A stretch of 41,867 bases of DNA from a virus (IMGVR_UViG_3300049170_000017:1-41867), one strand, 5' to 3'; numbered from the stretch's first letter, positions 1-9,091 are shown. Notes: generated from the letters alone by a model not told the origin. Numbers and translations: made by a program.

Positions 1-37
1 AATGTGCGGAGGGTTCAGTTCGTCCCAGACCGTCCCA

Positions 38-55
38 CGACTGCATAACTATGCA
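38..55. repeat. Left-end palindrome TGCATA-AC-TATGCA, putative packaging (cos-flanking) site
   Basis: CGACTGCATAACTATGCA; same core as the right-end palindrome at 41811-41834. Confidence 0.55.
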
Positions 56-97
56 CCGCGCAAGGCGGTGCTGACCACCGTTGACCGCGCAAGGCGG
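53..97 (+). promoter_or_regulatory. Tandem GCAAG-loop hairpins upstream of terS
   Basis: GCACCGC-GCAAG-GCGGTGC (53-71) and CCGC-GCAAG-GCGG (85-97). Confidence 0.6.
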
Positions 98-115
98 CCG
101 GAGGAGTGATCGAAC

Positions 116-589
116 ATGGCTCGAGGAGGAGCGCGTAACCGTTCTGGCCCGCCGGCTGACCCTAGTTCTGGCAGGTCCGACCGTCGAGGTTTCAAGCTCA
201 CTGCCCTGCCGGCTGAGGGTTATGACGGTCCGGTCCCTAACTTTCCCCTGCCGTCACCGTCTGACCGTGAGGTCGAGTTGTGGGGGCAGGCGTGGCGCAC
301 GCCGCAGGCTTGCGCGTGGTCGATGCCGTCGGAGTCCTGGCGCGCCCGCACGGTCGCGCTGTGGGTGCGGCTATCTGCCCGTTGTGAGGACCCTGAGGCG
401 CCCGCGTCCCTGCTCGCACAGCTGCACCGTTTCGCCGACCAGATCGGCATGACGACCGCAGGCTTGGCTGAGATGGGTTGGAAGGTCGCTGTCGACCAGG
501 TCGCTGCGAAGCGGGCCGACGTCGAGGATGATCCTCCGGCCCGTTCGTCGTCTCGTGACCGGCTCAAGGTTGCGGGCAGTGGCGGATGA
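116..589 (+). CDS. terS: Terminase small subunit
   Basis: First gene, GGAGGAG RBS; N-terminal RGGARNRSGP motif and LWxxxWRTPQAxAW typical of actinophage TerS. Confidence 0.85.
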   Translation: MARGGARNRSGPPADPSSGRSDRRGFKLTALPAEGYDGPVPNFPLPSPSDREVELWGQAWRTPQACAWSMPSESWRARTVALWVRLSARCEDPEAPASLLAQLHRFADQIGMTTAGLAEMGWKVAVDQVAAKRADVEDDPPARSSSRDRLKVAGSGG

Positions 590-2201
590 CGCGCTCGCGC
601 TCGACTTCGACCCGCTGCACACGCTCGGATTTCTGGTCACTGACTGGGTGGAGCAGCACTGCAAGGTGCCCGGCGGCGTCTACGAGGGCGAGCCGCTGAC
701 GTTCAACGGTTGGCAGCTCTACTGCACCGCCAACCATTACCGGATCACTCCGGACGCCGTACCGGACCCGCGGCGGCTGGTTGTCCCGTTCCACTACCGC
801 CGTTCGGTGGTCGTCGGGCCGCAGAAGTGCGGTAAGTCGCCCTGGGGTGCCGGGATGCTGCTCGCTGAGGGTGTCGGACCAACACTGTTCGCCGGGTGGG
901 CCAAAGGCGGCGAGGTGTACCGCTGTGAGGAGCACGGCTGCGGTTGCGGCTGGGAGTACCCCTACCAGCCTGGCGAGGCGATGGGCGCGGTACGGCGCAA
1001 ATCACTGTTGGGCCTCCTGGCTTACGCGGAGTCGCAGACGAACAACGTCTACGAGCCGTTGCAGACGATGATTCACTCCGGCCCGCTGGCCGAGTTCGTC
1101 CATGTCCGTGAGGGCTTCATCCGCTTGCCGAACCGCGGCAAGATCGTCCCGCTGTCGTCCGCTGCACGGTCGAAGCTGGGTCAGCCGCTCACGGGCGGCC
1201 TGGCGGACGAGTCGGGCCTTTACACGTCGTCCAACCGGGTGCTTGACACCTGGCAGACGATGCGGCGCGGTATCGCTGCCATGCAGGGTCGCACGATCGA
1301 GCTCACGAACCCGTGGGACCCGATGGAGAACAGTGCGGCGCAGCAGGCGTTCGAGTCGCGGCGGCGTGACATCTTCCGCTACTACCGCAAGCCGCCGGCG
1401 GATCTGTCCTATGGCAATAAGCGGGAGCGGCACAAGATCCACCTGTATGTCTATGCCGATTCTCCGTGGGTGGAGCCGACGTCAATTGACGCCGAGGCTG
1501 CCGAGCTCGTGGAGACGGACCCGACGCAGGCGGAGCGGTTCTTCGGTAACCGTCTGGTGCAGGGCCTCGGCTCGTATATGCCGGAGCCGTTGTGGGACGA
1601 CACGATCGCTCCTGAGCCTTCTACGGATCGTCGGGTGTGCATCGGCTTCGACGGGTCCCGTTCGGGCGACTGGACGGCACTGCGGGTCGAGACTTCCGAC
1701 GGCTACAGGTTCACGCCCACCTACGGACCTGATGACCGGCCGACGTTCTGGAACCCGGACGAGTGGGGCGGTCGCATTCCGCGTGGTGAGGTGAAGGCTG
1801 CGGTCGCGGAGCTGTTCGACCGCTACGACGTGGCTCGCATGTACGTCGACCCGAGGCACTGGGAGACGCAGGCAGACGAGTGGGCGCTGGAGCATGGCGA
1901 GGACGTCGTGGCGCAGTGGCCCACTAACCAGATCTCGCGCATGTACGGCGCTCTCGTGCGGTTCCTCGAGGACACGGCCGAGAGGTCGACTACCCACTCT
2001 GACGACCCGACGGCTAAGGCGCACGCGCTCGCTGCCCGGAAGATCGCCAAGTCGGGCGACCGCTACATCATCGGCAAACCGGCCGAGCACCAGAAGATCG
2101 ACATTCTCATGGCCGACATCCTCGCGCATGAGGCCGCTGCTGATATGCGCGCCGAGGGCTGGCTGACCCCTGTTGACAACCGTGTCGTTGTGTTCCGTTA
2201 G
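579..2201 (+). CDS. terL: Terminase large subunit
   Basis: Walker A GPQKCGKS, Walker B GLADESG, nuclease motif IGFDGSRSGDWT; GTG at 579 overlapping terS preferred to 528. Confidence 0.93.
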   Translation: MADDALALDFDPLHTLGFLVTDWVEQHCKVPGGVYEGEPLTFNGWQLYCTANHYRITPDAVPDPRRLVVPFHYRRSVVVGPQKCGKSPWGAGMLLAEGVGPTLFAGWAKGGEVYRCEEHGCGCGWEYPYQPGEAMGAVRRKSLLGLLAYAESQTNNVYEPLQTMIHSGPLAEFVHVREGFIRLPNRGKIVPLSSAARSKLGQPLTGGLADESGLYTSSNRVLDTWQTMRRGIAAMQGRTIELTNPWDPMENSAAQQAFESRRRDIFRYYRKPPADLSYGNKRERHKIHLYVYADSPWVEPTSIDAEAAELVETDPTQAERFFGNRLVQGLGSYMPEPLWDDTIAPEPSTDRRVCIGFDGSRSGDWTALRVETSDGYRFTPTYGPDDRPTFWNPDEWGGRIPRGEVKAAVAELFDRYDVARMYVDPRHWETQADEWALEHGEDVVAQWPTNQISRMYGALVRFLEDTAERSTTHSDDPTAKAHALAARKIAKSGDRYIIGKPAEHQKIDILMADILAHEAAADMRAEGWLTPVDNRVVVFR

Positions 2202-2212
2202 GAGGCTGGCCT

Positions 2213-3601
2213 GTGGCTGTTGCACCGCTGACCTCCGATGAGCTATCCCTGTTTCAGAGGCTTGAGACGCAGCTGACGTCCGCGCAGCACATCTTCGACC
2301 TGTGCGACGCCTACTACGACGGGGCGCAACGGCTCGAGCAGTTGGGCCTGGCGATCCCGCCGGAGCTGCAGCGGTTCACGGTCATCGTGAACTGGCCGCG
2401 GGTGGTCGTGGATGCGACCGCTGACCGGCTCGACGTCAAGGGTTTCCGCCTGCCTGGTGTTGACATCGGCGACGAGGAGCTGCTGCGGGTCTGGCGTGCG
2501 TCGCACATGGACGAGCAGGACCAGATGGCGAAGCTCGACTATCTCATCTATGGCCGCACGTACAAGTGTGTCGGCCCGAATGAGGCTGACGAGCGGTCGC
2601 CGCTCATCACGGTGGAGTCGCCCAGGTCGATCATCACGGACAGGGACTCTCGCACGGGTCGCGTGACGGCTGCTCTGCGGTTGTATGACGAGGTCAACGG
2701 GCGCAACACCAAGGGCACCCTGTACCTGCCAGACGAGACGATCTACCTTGACTCTGCGGACGGGCCGTGGAACGTCGCCGACCGTGACGAGCACGGCCTG
2801 GGTGTGGTCCCGGTGGTGCCGACGTTCCGCCGCCGGCGCACCCGCATCCCTGTGCACCGCACCTTGCAGGGTGTCTCGGCGATGGCTGATGTCATCCCGG
2901 TGACCGACGCCGCAGCACGGAACATCACGAACGCGCAGGTTGCGCAGGAGACGCACGCCGTCCCCGCTCGCGGCGTCCTCGGTGCCACCAAGGGCGACTT
3001 CGTCGACCAGACCGGCAAGCCACTCCCGCAGTGGGAGGCCTACTTCGGCTCCGTGTGGGCGCTGGGCAACCCGAACGCTAAGACGTTCCAGTTCGACTCC
3101 TCGGACATGGTCAACTTCGAGCGGATGATGGACCTGTACGCCCGGCTCGCGTCGGGTGTCTCGGCCCTTCCGCCCAACTACTTCGGCCTCGCCGCAGATG
3201 ACGCGGCGTCGGCTGACGCGATCCGGTCGCGGGAGGCCCGGCACGTCAAGGTCGCCGAGCGTGACCAGGTGGCCCTCGGTACCGGGGACGCGGAGACGCT
3301 GCGGATCGCCGCACGGATCCGCGACGGCGCCTGGGACGACAGCCTCGTGGGCCTGGAGACGTTGTGGTACGACGCTGGTACGCCGACGACCGCCCAGCGC
3401 GCCGATGCCGTGGTGAAGATGCACACGGCAACGGATGGCAACGGTGTCCCCCTGCTGCCCGCGGAGGCGGCCTATGAGGAGCTGGGTTACTCGCCTACGA
3501 AGATCAAGCGCCTCATGGAGATGCGCCGTCGTGAGATGGCGAACCCGTACCTGACTGCACAGGCTGATGGCCAGCGTCCAGCCGCTGCCCCAGTCGGCTA
3601 G
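2213..3601 (+). CDS. Portal protein (SPP1 gp6-like)
   Basis: 462 aa after terL; YYDG and VNWPRVVVD motifs; AGGAGG RBS. Confidence 0.92.
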   Translation: MAVAPLTSDELSLFQRLETQLTSAQHIFDLCDAYYDGAQRLEQLGLAIPPELQRFTVIVNWPRVVVDATADRLDVKGFRLPGVDIGDEELLRVWRASHMDEQDQMAKLDYLIYGRTYKCVGPNEADERSPLITVESPRSIITDRDSRTGRVTAALRLYDEVNGRNTKGTLYLPDETIYLDSADGPWNVADRDEHGLGVVPVVPTFRRRRTRIPVHRTLQGVSAMADVIPVTDAAARNITNAQVAQETHAVPARGVLGATKGDFVDQTGKPLPQWEAYFGSVWALGNPNAKTFQFDSSDMVNFERMMDLYARLASGVSALPPNYFGLAADDAASADAIRSREARHVKVAERDQVALGTGDAETLRIAARIRDGAWDDSLVGLETLWYDAGTPTTAQRADAVVKMHTATDGNGVPLLPAEAAYEELGYSPTKIKRLMEMRRREMANPYLTAQADGQRPAAAPVG

Positions 3602-4631
3602 CCGCTACCACGCGGCGCAGCGGCTGGAGATCGCGGCTGCCCTGTTCGAGATCCGTCGCCTATGGCGTCGGGTCAAGCCGACCGACCTGGACGGCTCGTG
3701 GCGCACGGCGGCCCCGCTCATCACGGCGGTCCTCCTGACGGCTCAGGAGCGCGTCTCGGTCCCCGTGGGCGGCTACGTGTCCGACGTGCTGTCAGAGACG
3801 GGCCAGGGACGTGCAGACGCCCCTTGGGCGACTCCGCTGCGCGCCCCGCTGGTCGGAACCGCGCCTGATGGTCAACCGCTCGGGGCGTGGCTTGCCACGA
3901 CACCTGTGACGGCACGGACCATGCTCGCTCGTGGTGCCGCACCCGCCACAGCGCACAAGGCCGCCGGCTCCTGGCTCAACCTCACCGCGTCGACCGTCCT
4001 GTCGGATACGGCACGGCAGACCGAGGCGCTGCACACCGGCGTCCGACCCGTGAGCGGCTACGTGCGGATGCTAAACCCGCCCTCCTGCTCCCGCTGCGCC
4101 GTCCTGGCTGGCAAGTGGTACCGCAAGAACCAGGGTTTCTTGCGCCACCCTGGCTGCGACTGTCGGCACATACCGGCCAGCGAGGCGGTCGGCGACGACC
4201 TGCGCCTCGACCCGCAGCTCTACTTCGACTCCCTGCCCACCACGGCCGAGCTGCATGAGCGGTACCCCGGCCGGACCCTGCACGACCTCCGCGCCGAGGG
4301 CATCGTCTCCCAGGAGTCGGTGTTCACCAACGCCGGCGCTCAGGTGATCCGCGAGGGCGCCGACCCACTCCAGGTGGTTAATGCCCGCCGTGGCATGACC
4401 ACCGCGCAGCAGAACCTCCGCGGGTGGACCCCGCAAGGCCGCCTCGCGCCTGTCGACCGCTACGGCCGCCAGGTCTACGAGACGAAGGAGGGCGTCACCG
4501 AGCGCGGGCTGGCTTCTCGCACCCGCACCAAGCGCCGCGGTGAGCGCCTGATGCCCGAGTCCATCTTGCAGATCGCGGAGAACCGCGACGACCTGCAGCG
4601 CCTCCTGCGCCTGCACGGCTACATCCGCTGA
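3567..4631 (+). CDS. MuF-like minor head / capsid maturation protein
   Basis: Between portal and scaffold; CSRC...HPGCDCRH motif. Confidence 0.7.
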   Translation: MASVQPLPQSASRYHAAQRLEIAAALFEIRRLWRRVKPTDLDGSWRTAAPLITAVLLTAQERVSVPVGGYVSDVLSETGQGRADAPWATPLRAPLVGTAPDGQPLGAWLATTPVTARTMLARGAAPATAHKAAGSWLNLTASTVLSDTARQTEALHTGVRPVSGYVRMLNPPSCSRCAVLAGKWYRKNQGFLRHPGCDCRHIPASEAVGDDLRLDPQLYFDSLPTTAELHERYPGRTLHDLRAEGIVSQESVFTNAGAQVIREGADPLQVVNARRGMTTAQQNLRGWTPQGRLAPVDRYGRQVYETKEGVTERGLASRTRTKRRGERLMPESILQIAENRDDLQRLLRLHGYIR

Positions 4632-4635
4632 CCAC

Positions 4636-4672
4636 CCCGGCGCAAGGTCGGGACCGACTCTCGCAAGGAGAG
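4636..4672 (+). promoter_or_regulatory. Tandem GCAAG-loop hairpins, second one overlapping the scaffold RBS
   Basis: CCCGGC-GCAAG-GTCGGG (4636-4652) and CTCTC-GCAAG-GAGAG (4658-4672). Confidence 0.6.
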
Positions 4673-4678
4673 CACCGC

Positions 4679-5281
4679 ATGTCCGCACGCATGACACAGG
4701 CCGTGGCCGAGGCTGCTGCCGAGGCCGACGCTGTCGACGAGCTCATGGCCGACAACCCGGCCCCCAGCACCGACGACACCACCGAGGACGACGACGACAC
4801 CGACGACGCCGACCCGGACGGCTCCGACGAGCTCGGCGACAAGGGCAAGCAGGCCCTCGCCCGCATGAAGGAGAAGCTGCGCGAGGAGCGTCGCAAGCGC
4901 ATCGCCGCCGAGGCCGCGCGTGACGCCACGGACCCCGACGAGACGGCCAGGGCCACCCGTGAGGCAGAGCGCGCCGCGCTCGCCAAGGCTAACGGGCGCA
5001 TCGTCCGCGCAGAGATCAAGGCAGCGGCCAAGGGAGTCCTCCACGACCCCGCCGACGCCTTCACATTCATCGACCCGACCGAGTTCGAGGTCGACGACAA
5101 CGGCGAGGTGGACGCCGACGAGATCGCATCCGCGATCGCCGATCTGGTGACACGCAAGCCGTACCTAGCCGCGCAAGGCGGCCCGAAGGGACCCCGGCCA
5201 GACCGCTCGCAAGGAGCGTCGACCACTGGGACCGCCACGACAGCGCAGCAGTTCGCCGCGCTGGCAGATAACTACCTCTGA
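4679..5281 (+). CDS. Capsid scaffolding protein
   Basis: Acidic N-terminus, LGDKGKQAL coiled coil, KPYLAA, directly upstream of MCP. Confidence 0.85.
   Translation: MSARMTQAVAEAAAEADAVDELMADNPAPSTDDTTEDDDDTDDADPDGSDELGDKGKQALARMKEKLREERRKRIAAEAARDATDPDETARATREAERAALAKANGRIVRAEIKAAAKGVLHDPADAFTFIDPTEFEVDDNGEVDADEIASAIADLVTRKPYLAAQGGPKGPRPDRSQGASTTGTATTAQQFAALADNYL
5168..5218 (+). promoter_or_regulatory. Tandem GCAAG-loop hairpins in the scaffold 3' end, upstream of MCP
   Basis: GCCGC-GCAAG-GCGGC (5168-5182) and CGCTC-GCAAG-GAGCG (5204-5218). Confidence 0.55.
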
Positions 5282-5324
5282 CCCCTTGCCGTAGCGCGGC
5301 AGGGACAACGAAAGGAGGCCGGTC

Positions 5325-6224
5325 ATGGCCGGCATCGACATCAACCGCACTACGGCGGGCGTGAGCCTGCCTCCTGCCGTCGCCGACGAGATCTGGGGCG
5401 CGACCTCGGAGTCCTCGGCCGCTATGCAGCTCGCTGGGCAGATTCCGCTCCCCGGCGCTGGTGTGTCCGTGGACATCATCACGGGCAACGCCGAGGCTGA
5501 GTGGGTGGCTGAGACGGACGAGAAGCCCGTCAGCCGCCCGACGATGGGCAGCAAGCTGATGACGCCCTACACCCTGGCCGTCATCGTGCCCTTCTCCAAC
5601 CAGTTCCGCCGCGACAAGGCCCGTCTGTACCAGGCCCTCGTGAACAAGCTGCCGGAGGCGCTGGCTCTCAAGTTCGACCGCACCGTGTTCGGTGACGTCG
5701 CTGCGCCGGGGTCGAACTTCGACACCCTGCAGGGTGCCGCTGCTGTCGGGATTGCTGGCGACACCTACGCGGGCCTCGTGGCCGCGGACCAGGCTGTCGC
5801 CACTGGCGGTGGCCTGCTCAACGGGTGGGCCGTCTCGCCGCAGGGTCGCGGGCTGCTGCTGGGTGCGGTGGACGGCTTCGGCCGGCCGCTGTTCACGGCT
5901 AGCCCGAACACTGGTGGGTCCGTCTCCCAGCTGCTCGGCCAGCCCGTCTACATGACCCGCGGCGTGTACCTCGCGGACGCGGACGGCGCTGGTACTGGCA
6001 CCGACGCCCAGCTTGGTTTCGCTGGCGACTGGTCGGGCGCGGCGTGGGGTTCGGTCGAGGGCGTGCAGATCGCGTTCTCCGACCAGGCCACTCTGACGGA
6101 TGGTGGCACCACCATCAACCTGTTCCAGCGGAACATGTTTGCGGTGCGCGCTGAGATCGAGGTGGGCTTCCGGGTCCGCGACCTCGACCAGTTCGTCAAG
6201 CTCACCAGCGCCACGCAGGCCTGA
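5325..6224 (+). CDS. Major capsid protein (HK97 fold)
   Basis: AEWVAETDEKP, LAVIVPFS, GRPLF, NLFQRNMFAVRAE; AAAGGAGG RBS. Confidence 0.95.
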   Translation: MAGIDINRTTAGVSLPPAVADEIWGATSESSAAMQLAGQIPLPGAGVSVDIITGNAEAEWVAETDEKPVSRPTMGSKLMTPYTLAVIVPFSNQFRRDKARLYQALVNKLPEALALKFDRTVFGDVAAPGSNFDTLQGAAAVGIAGDTYAGLVAADQAVATGGGLLNGWAVSPQGRGLLLGAVDGFGRPLFTASPNTGGSVSQLLGQPVYMTRGVYLADADGAGTGTDAQLGFAGDWSGAAWGSVEGVQIAFSDQATLTDGGTTINLFQRNMFAVRAEIEVGFRVRDLDQFVKLTSATQA

Positions 6225-6226
6225 GC

Positions 6227-6385
6227 ATGGCGACCTTCAAGGCCCCTTACGGGGTTGGGACGGTGACCGTGCCTGACGACCGGGCCGACAGGTACCGGCA
6301 GGCAGGCTGGGTCGAGGAGAAGCCGGCGCCGAAGCGGCGTTCGGCCACGAAGGATGACAAGGACTCGCCCAAGGGCGAGGGCTGA
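6227..6385 (+). CDS. Small protein, 52 aa (MATFKAPYG...), typical post-capsid gene
   Basis: Fills the MCP-adaptor gap; read from sequence, below ORF-track cutoff. Confidence 0.7.
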   Translation: MATFKAPYGVGTVTVPDDRADRYRQAGWVEEKPAPKRRSATKDDKDSPKGEG

Positions 6386-6406
6386 CCGGACGGAGGTGGG
6401 GCGGTC

Positions 6407-6832
6407 ATGGCTTACGCGACCGTTTCTGACGTGAGCACGCGGCTGGGCCGCCCCATCTCCGACCCCGCTGAGATAGCGCAGGTCGAGGCGTGGATCGGTG
6501 ACGTCGAGGGCATGATCCTCGACCGCATCCCCGACCTCGCCGTCTACATCGCTGAGGGTCGCCCCACGTTGGCGACCGTGGCGGCCGTGGTGGCGAACGC
6601 CGTCATCCGCAAGGTGCGGAACCCTGACGGCAAGGTGCAAGAAGGCGTTGACGACTACAACTACCGACTCAATGAGAACGCCCGCCGTGGCGAGCTGTTC
6701 TTGACCGACGAGGAGTGGGCGCTACTGGCTCCTGTCGGTGGGGTCGGGGCGTTCACTATCCGTCCTTACGGTGCCTTCGCGTACAGCCGTGGCGAGTGGG
6801 TGCACCCCGATGTGTGGGTGCCACTGCCATGA
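6407..6832 (+). CDS. Head-to-tail adaptor
   Basis: MAYATVSDV..RLGR, VRNPDG, LFLTDEEWALL; position. Confidence 0.85.
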   Translation: MAYATVSDVSTRLGRPISDPAEIAQVEAWIGDVEGMILDRIPDLAVYIAEGRPTLATVAAVVANAVIRKVRNPDGKVQEGVDDYNYRLNENARRGELFLTDEEWALLAPVGGVGAFTIRPYGAFAYSRGEWVHPDVWVPLP

Positions 6833-7236
6833 TCCCCTTCTCCGCCGTGCGCGCCGGGCAGCAGATGGCAGAGGCCCTGATGACGTCCACGGGCCGTTTC
6901 ACTCGCAACGATCCCGACGCAGGGCCGGACTGGAACGAGGAGACGGGTAAGTACGTCGACCCGACACTGACCATCTACGAGGGTCCGTGCAAGGTGCAGA
7001 CCTACGAGGCGTTCGAGTCTGAGCCCGACGCTGGCGGGGCGCAGCGGGTGATCCAGCGGTACTACCTGCACGTCCCCGTCTCGGCCGGGCCGTTCCTGCC
7101 TGGTGACCGGGCGGAGATCATCGCCTCCCCGAATCATCTGCTGGTCGGCAACGTCTACACGGTTGCCGGTCCGCATGAGAAGGACTGGCAGACCGCGCAG
7201 CGGCTACTGGCGGACCTGGACGCGGGGCGCTCGTGA
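6829..7236 (+). CDS. Head-to-tail stopper (DUF6093-like)
   Basis: ATGA overlap; AEALMT, IYEGPCKVQ, LHVPV, TAQRL. Confidence 0.75.
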   Translation: MIPFSAVRAGQQMAEALMTSTGRFTRNDPDAGPDWNEETGKYVDPTLTIYEGPCKVQTYEAFESEPDAGGAQRVIQRYYLHVPVSAGPFLPGDRAEIIASPNHLLVGNVYTVAGPHEKDWQTAQRLLADLDAGRS

Positions 7237-7619
7237 GACTCGACCTGTCCGAGCTGGACGCGCTCGCCGCGCAACTCGCGCAGCTGACGAACGACATCAA
7301 CGACCCGGCGTCGTTGCGGTCTGCGGTCCGTGAGGAGGCTGAGGCGATCCGCAAGACGTGGCGCGACGACGCCCGCGTGAAGGCTGGCGCGCACGGCAAG
7401 CACTACCCGGCGTCGATCACCTACGAGACACGCACCACGGGCACCCTGCGGGTCGAGGCTGAGATCGGGCCGGACCCATCCAGGAAGCAGGGTGGCATGA
7501 GCTTCGAGTTCGGCTCGCGTAACCAGCCACCGCACCTGTCCGGTCAGAAGGCCGCGCAGGAGGCTGAGGGTCGGCTCGAGCAGCGCATGAACGACTGGCT
7601 GGACGGGGTGGGGTTGTGA
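7233..7619 (+). CDS. Neck/tail completion protein (HK97 gp10-like)
   Basis: AEIGP...FEFGSRNQPPH; synteny. Confidence 0.7.
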   Translation: MRLDLSELDALAAQLAQLTNDINDPASLRSAVREEAEAIRKTWRDDARVKAGAHGKHYPASITYETRTTGTLRVEAEIGPDPSRKQGGMSFEFGSRNQPPHLSGQKAAQEAEGRLEQRMNDWLDGVGL

Positions 7620-7717
7620 GCGACTGGACGGCTTACGACGAGGGCTGGGGCTTCAACCTCGACTACTACCTCGCCGAGTTGGAGCGCATGGTCGTAGAGG
7701 CGGGTGGCGAGCTGTGA
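7616..7717 (+). CDS. Small acidic protein, 33 aa
   Basis: GTGA overlaps at both ends fill the gap exactly. Confidence 0.55.
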   Translation: MSDWTAYDEGWGFNLDYYLAELERMVVEAGGEL

Positions 7718-8106
7718 GCGTGCGCGACCACTTCGCCGCGATCGAGGCGTTCCTGCACGACCAGGGCGTGACCAACGTGTTCGACGCGGAGGTCGAGGAG
7801 ATCCCGACCGGCGGCTACGTCGTGGTGTACCTGTCCGACCCGCTACGTCAGATGCACCGGATGCCGCGCAGGCACGAGAAGTACCGGTTCGAGCTGATGG
7901 TCCGCTGCGTCGGTCGTGACGCGAGACAGGCGCGGTGGATCTCCGACCGTGTCAACCGGTTGACAGACCATGTTCTGGCGGTGCCCGGTTGGGACTGCCG
8001 CCGGGTGGAGCCGTTGTACGCCGGTCACCCGTCGCGTGATGACGACCTGACCGCGGCTGTGGTGGAGATCGTCTCCGGGTACGGCTACGACGCCTTCGTC
8101 GCGTAG
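7714..8106 (+). CDS. Tail terminator
   Basis: Position before major tail; YVVVY, VRCVG motifs. Confidence 0.7.
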   Translation: MSVRDHFAAIEAFLHDQGVTNVFDAEVEEIPTGGYVVVYLSDPLRQMHRMPRRHEKYRFELMVRCVGRDARQARWISDRVNRLTDHVLAVPGWDCRRVEPLYAGHPSRDDDLTAAVVEIVSGYGYDAFVA

Positions 8107-8279
8107 TCCAAGGAGCGAGCGCGTGCGCGGACCTGGTCGCGCTCGCCCGCAGCGTCCGCCAGGTAGCCGAGTCCCAACGTCAGGAACGCGACCCACAACA
8201 GGGTGCGGACGTCGAGAAACAGGCTGATGACGGTGCACATGAGTGCGAGGACGTAGAGGGCTCTCCCTGCGGCGATCAT
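8085..8279 (-). CDS. Small two-TM membrane protein, 64 aa, antisense in the tail operon
   Basis: MIAAGRALYVLALMCTVISLFLDVRTLLWVAFLTLGLGYL; fills a plus-strand gap; CAAGAT hexamer 6 nt before ATG. Confidence 0.6.
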   Translation of the reverse strand: MIAAGRALYVLALMCTVISLFLDVRTLLWVAFLTLGLGYLADAAGERDQVRARARSLDYATKAS

Positions 8280-8382
8280 CCGCCCATCTTGCCTGACCTG
8301 GCGTGATCTGCGCCACCCCCCATTCCTCCCCGGTGTCATGCCGGGGTGGTCCGTGATCCCCAACGCCCGAGGAGGGCTAATC

Positions 8383-8574
8383 ATGCGCGACCTCGTGCGC
8401 GTCAAGGACCCGGAGACGGGTCACGAGTTCACCGTCACCCGAGCGCGTGCGGAGAAGGCCGGCCTGCGCGTGCTCGACAAGGACGCTGTCGACGCCTTCG
8501 GGACGCCGCTAGCGGCCAAGCACAACATCACCCCCCGGAAGGCCACCAAGGCCGACGACAAGAAGGAGTCCTGA
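8383..8574 (+). CDS. Small protein preceding major tail (VRVKDPETGHEF)
   Basis: GAGGAGG RBS; abuts the major tail gene. Confidence 0.75.
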   Translation: MRDLVRVKDPETGHEFTVTRARAEKAGLRVLDKDAVDAFGTPLAAKHNITPRKATKADDKKES

Positions 8575-8575
8575 C

Positions 8576-9091
8576 GTGGCCCTCAACATTCCCACCGGTG
8601 TCACCAGTAACGGAACCGTTCAGGTTCACTGGGTCCCCACCCTCGCCGACCCGAACAACCCATCCGCTGCCGAGGTCACGGGCGCGTCCGCGCTCGACAT
8701 CTCGTGCTACCTGACCGCAGACGGCCTGTCGCTGTCGGCGGACGAGACGACCACCACGAACCGTCGCCTGTGCTCCAAGCAGGAGTACACCATCGGCGGC
8801 ACGATCACCTGGTCGATCGGTGCGCTTCGTTACGTGTGGGACCCGCAGGGGCTCTACGCGGACACGCACGACGCCTACGACGCGCTCTCGGGCAACCCGA
8901 CCGGCTTCCTCGTGGTCCGTTGGGGCAAGGACGCCGAGACGCCGCTGGCTGCTGGCGACGTTGTCGACGTGTTCTCGGTGACCCTCGGCGAGCAGGTGCC
9001 GCAGACGCCGGAGGCGAACTCTGAGCTGTATGTGACGCAGGTGCCGAAGGTGACCGGGTCGGTGTACCGCGACGTCACTGTCGCTGCCTGA
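8576..9091 (+). CDS. Major tail (tube) protein
   Basis: WVPTLADPNNPS, DISCYLTADG, RLCSKQ, GFLVVRWG; AAGGAG RBS. Confidence 0.9.
   Translation: MALNIPTGVTSNGTVQVHWVPTLADPNNPSAAEVTGASALDISCYLTADGLSLSADETTTTNRRLCSKQEYTIGGTITWSIGALRYVWDPQGLYADTHDAYDALSGNPTGFLVVRWGKDAETPLAAGDVVDVFSVTLGEQVPQTPEANSELYVTQVPKVTGSVYRDVTVAA

Noticed and set aside
579-2201. Intein or intron in terminase
   Set aside because: Normal length, no splice-junction motifs; the Cys-rich stretch is only a short insert
2243-3424. Long antisense ORFs, also 20099-21358, 25488-26561 and others in the track
   Set aside because: Shadow frames of real genes in high-GC DNA; no motifs or RBS
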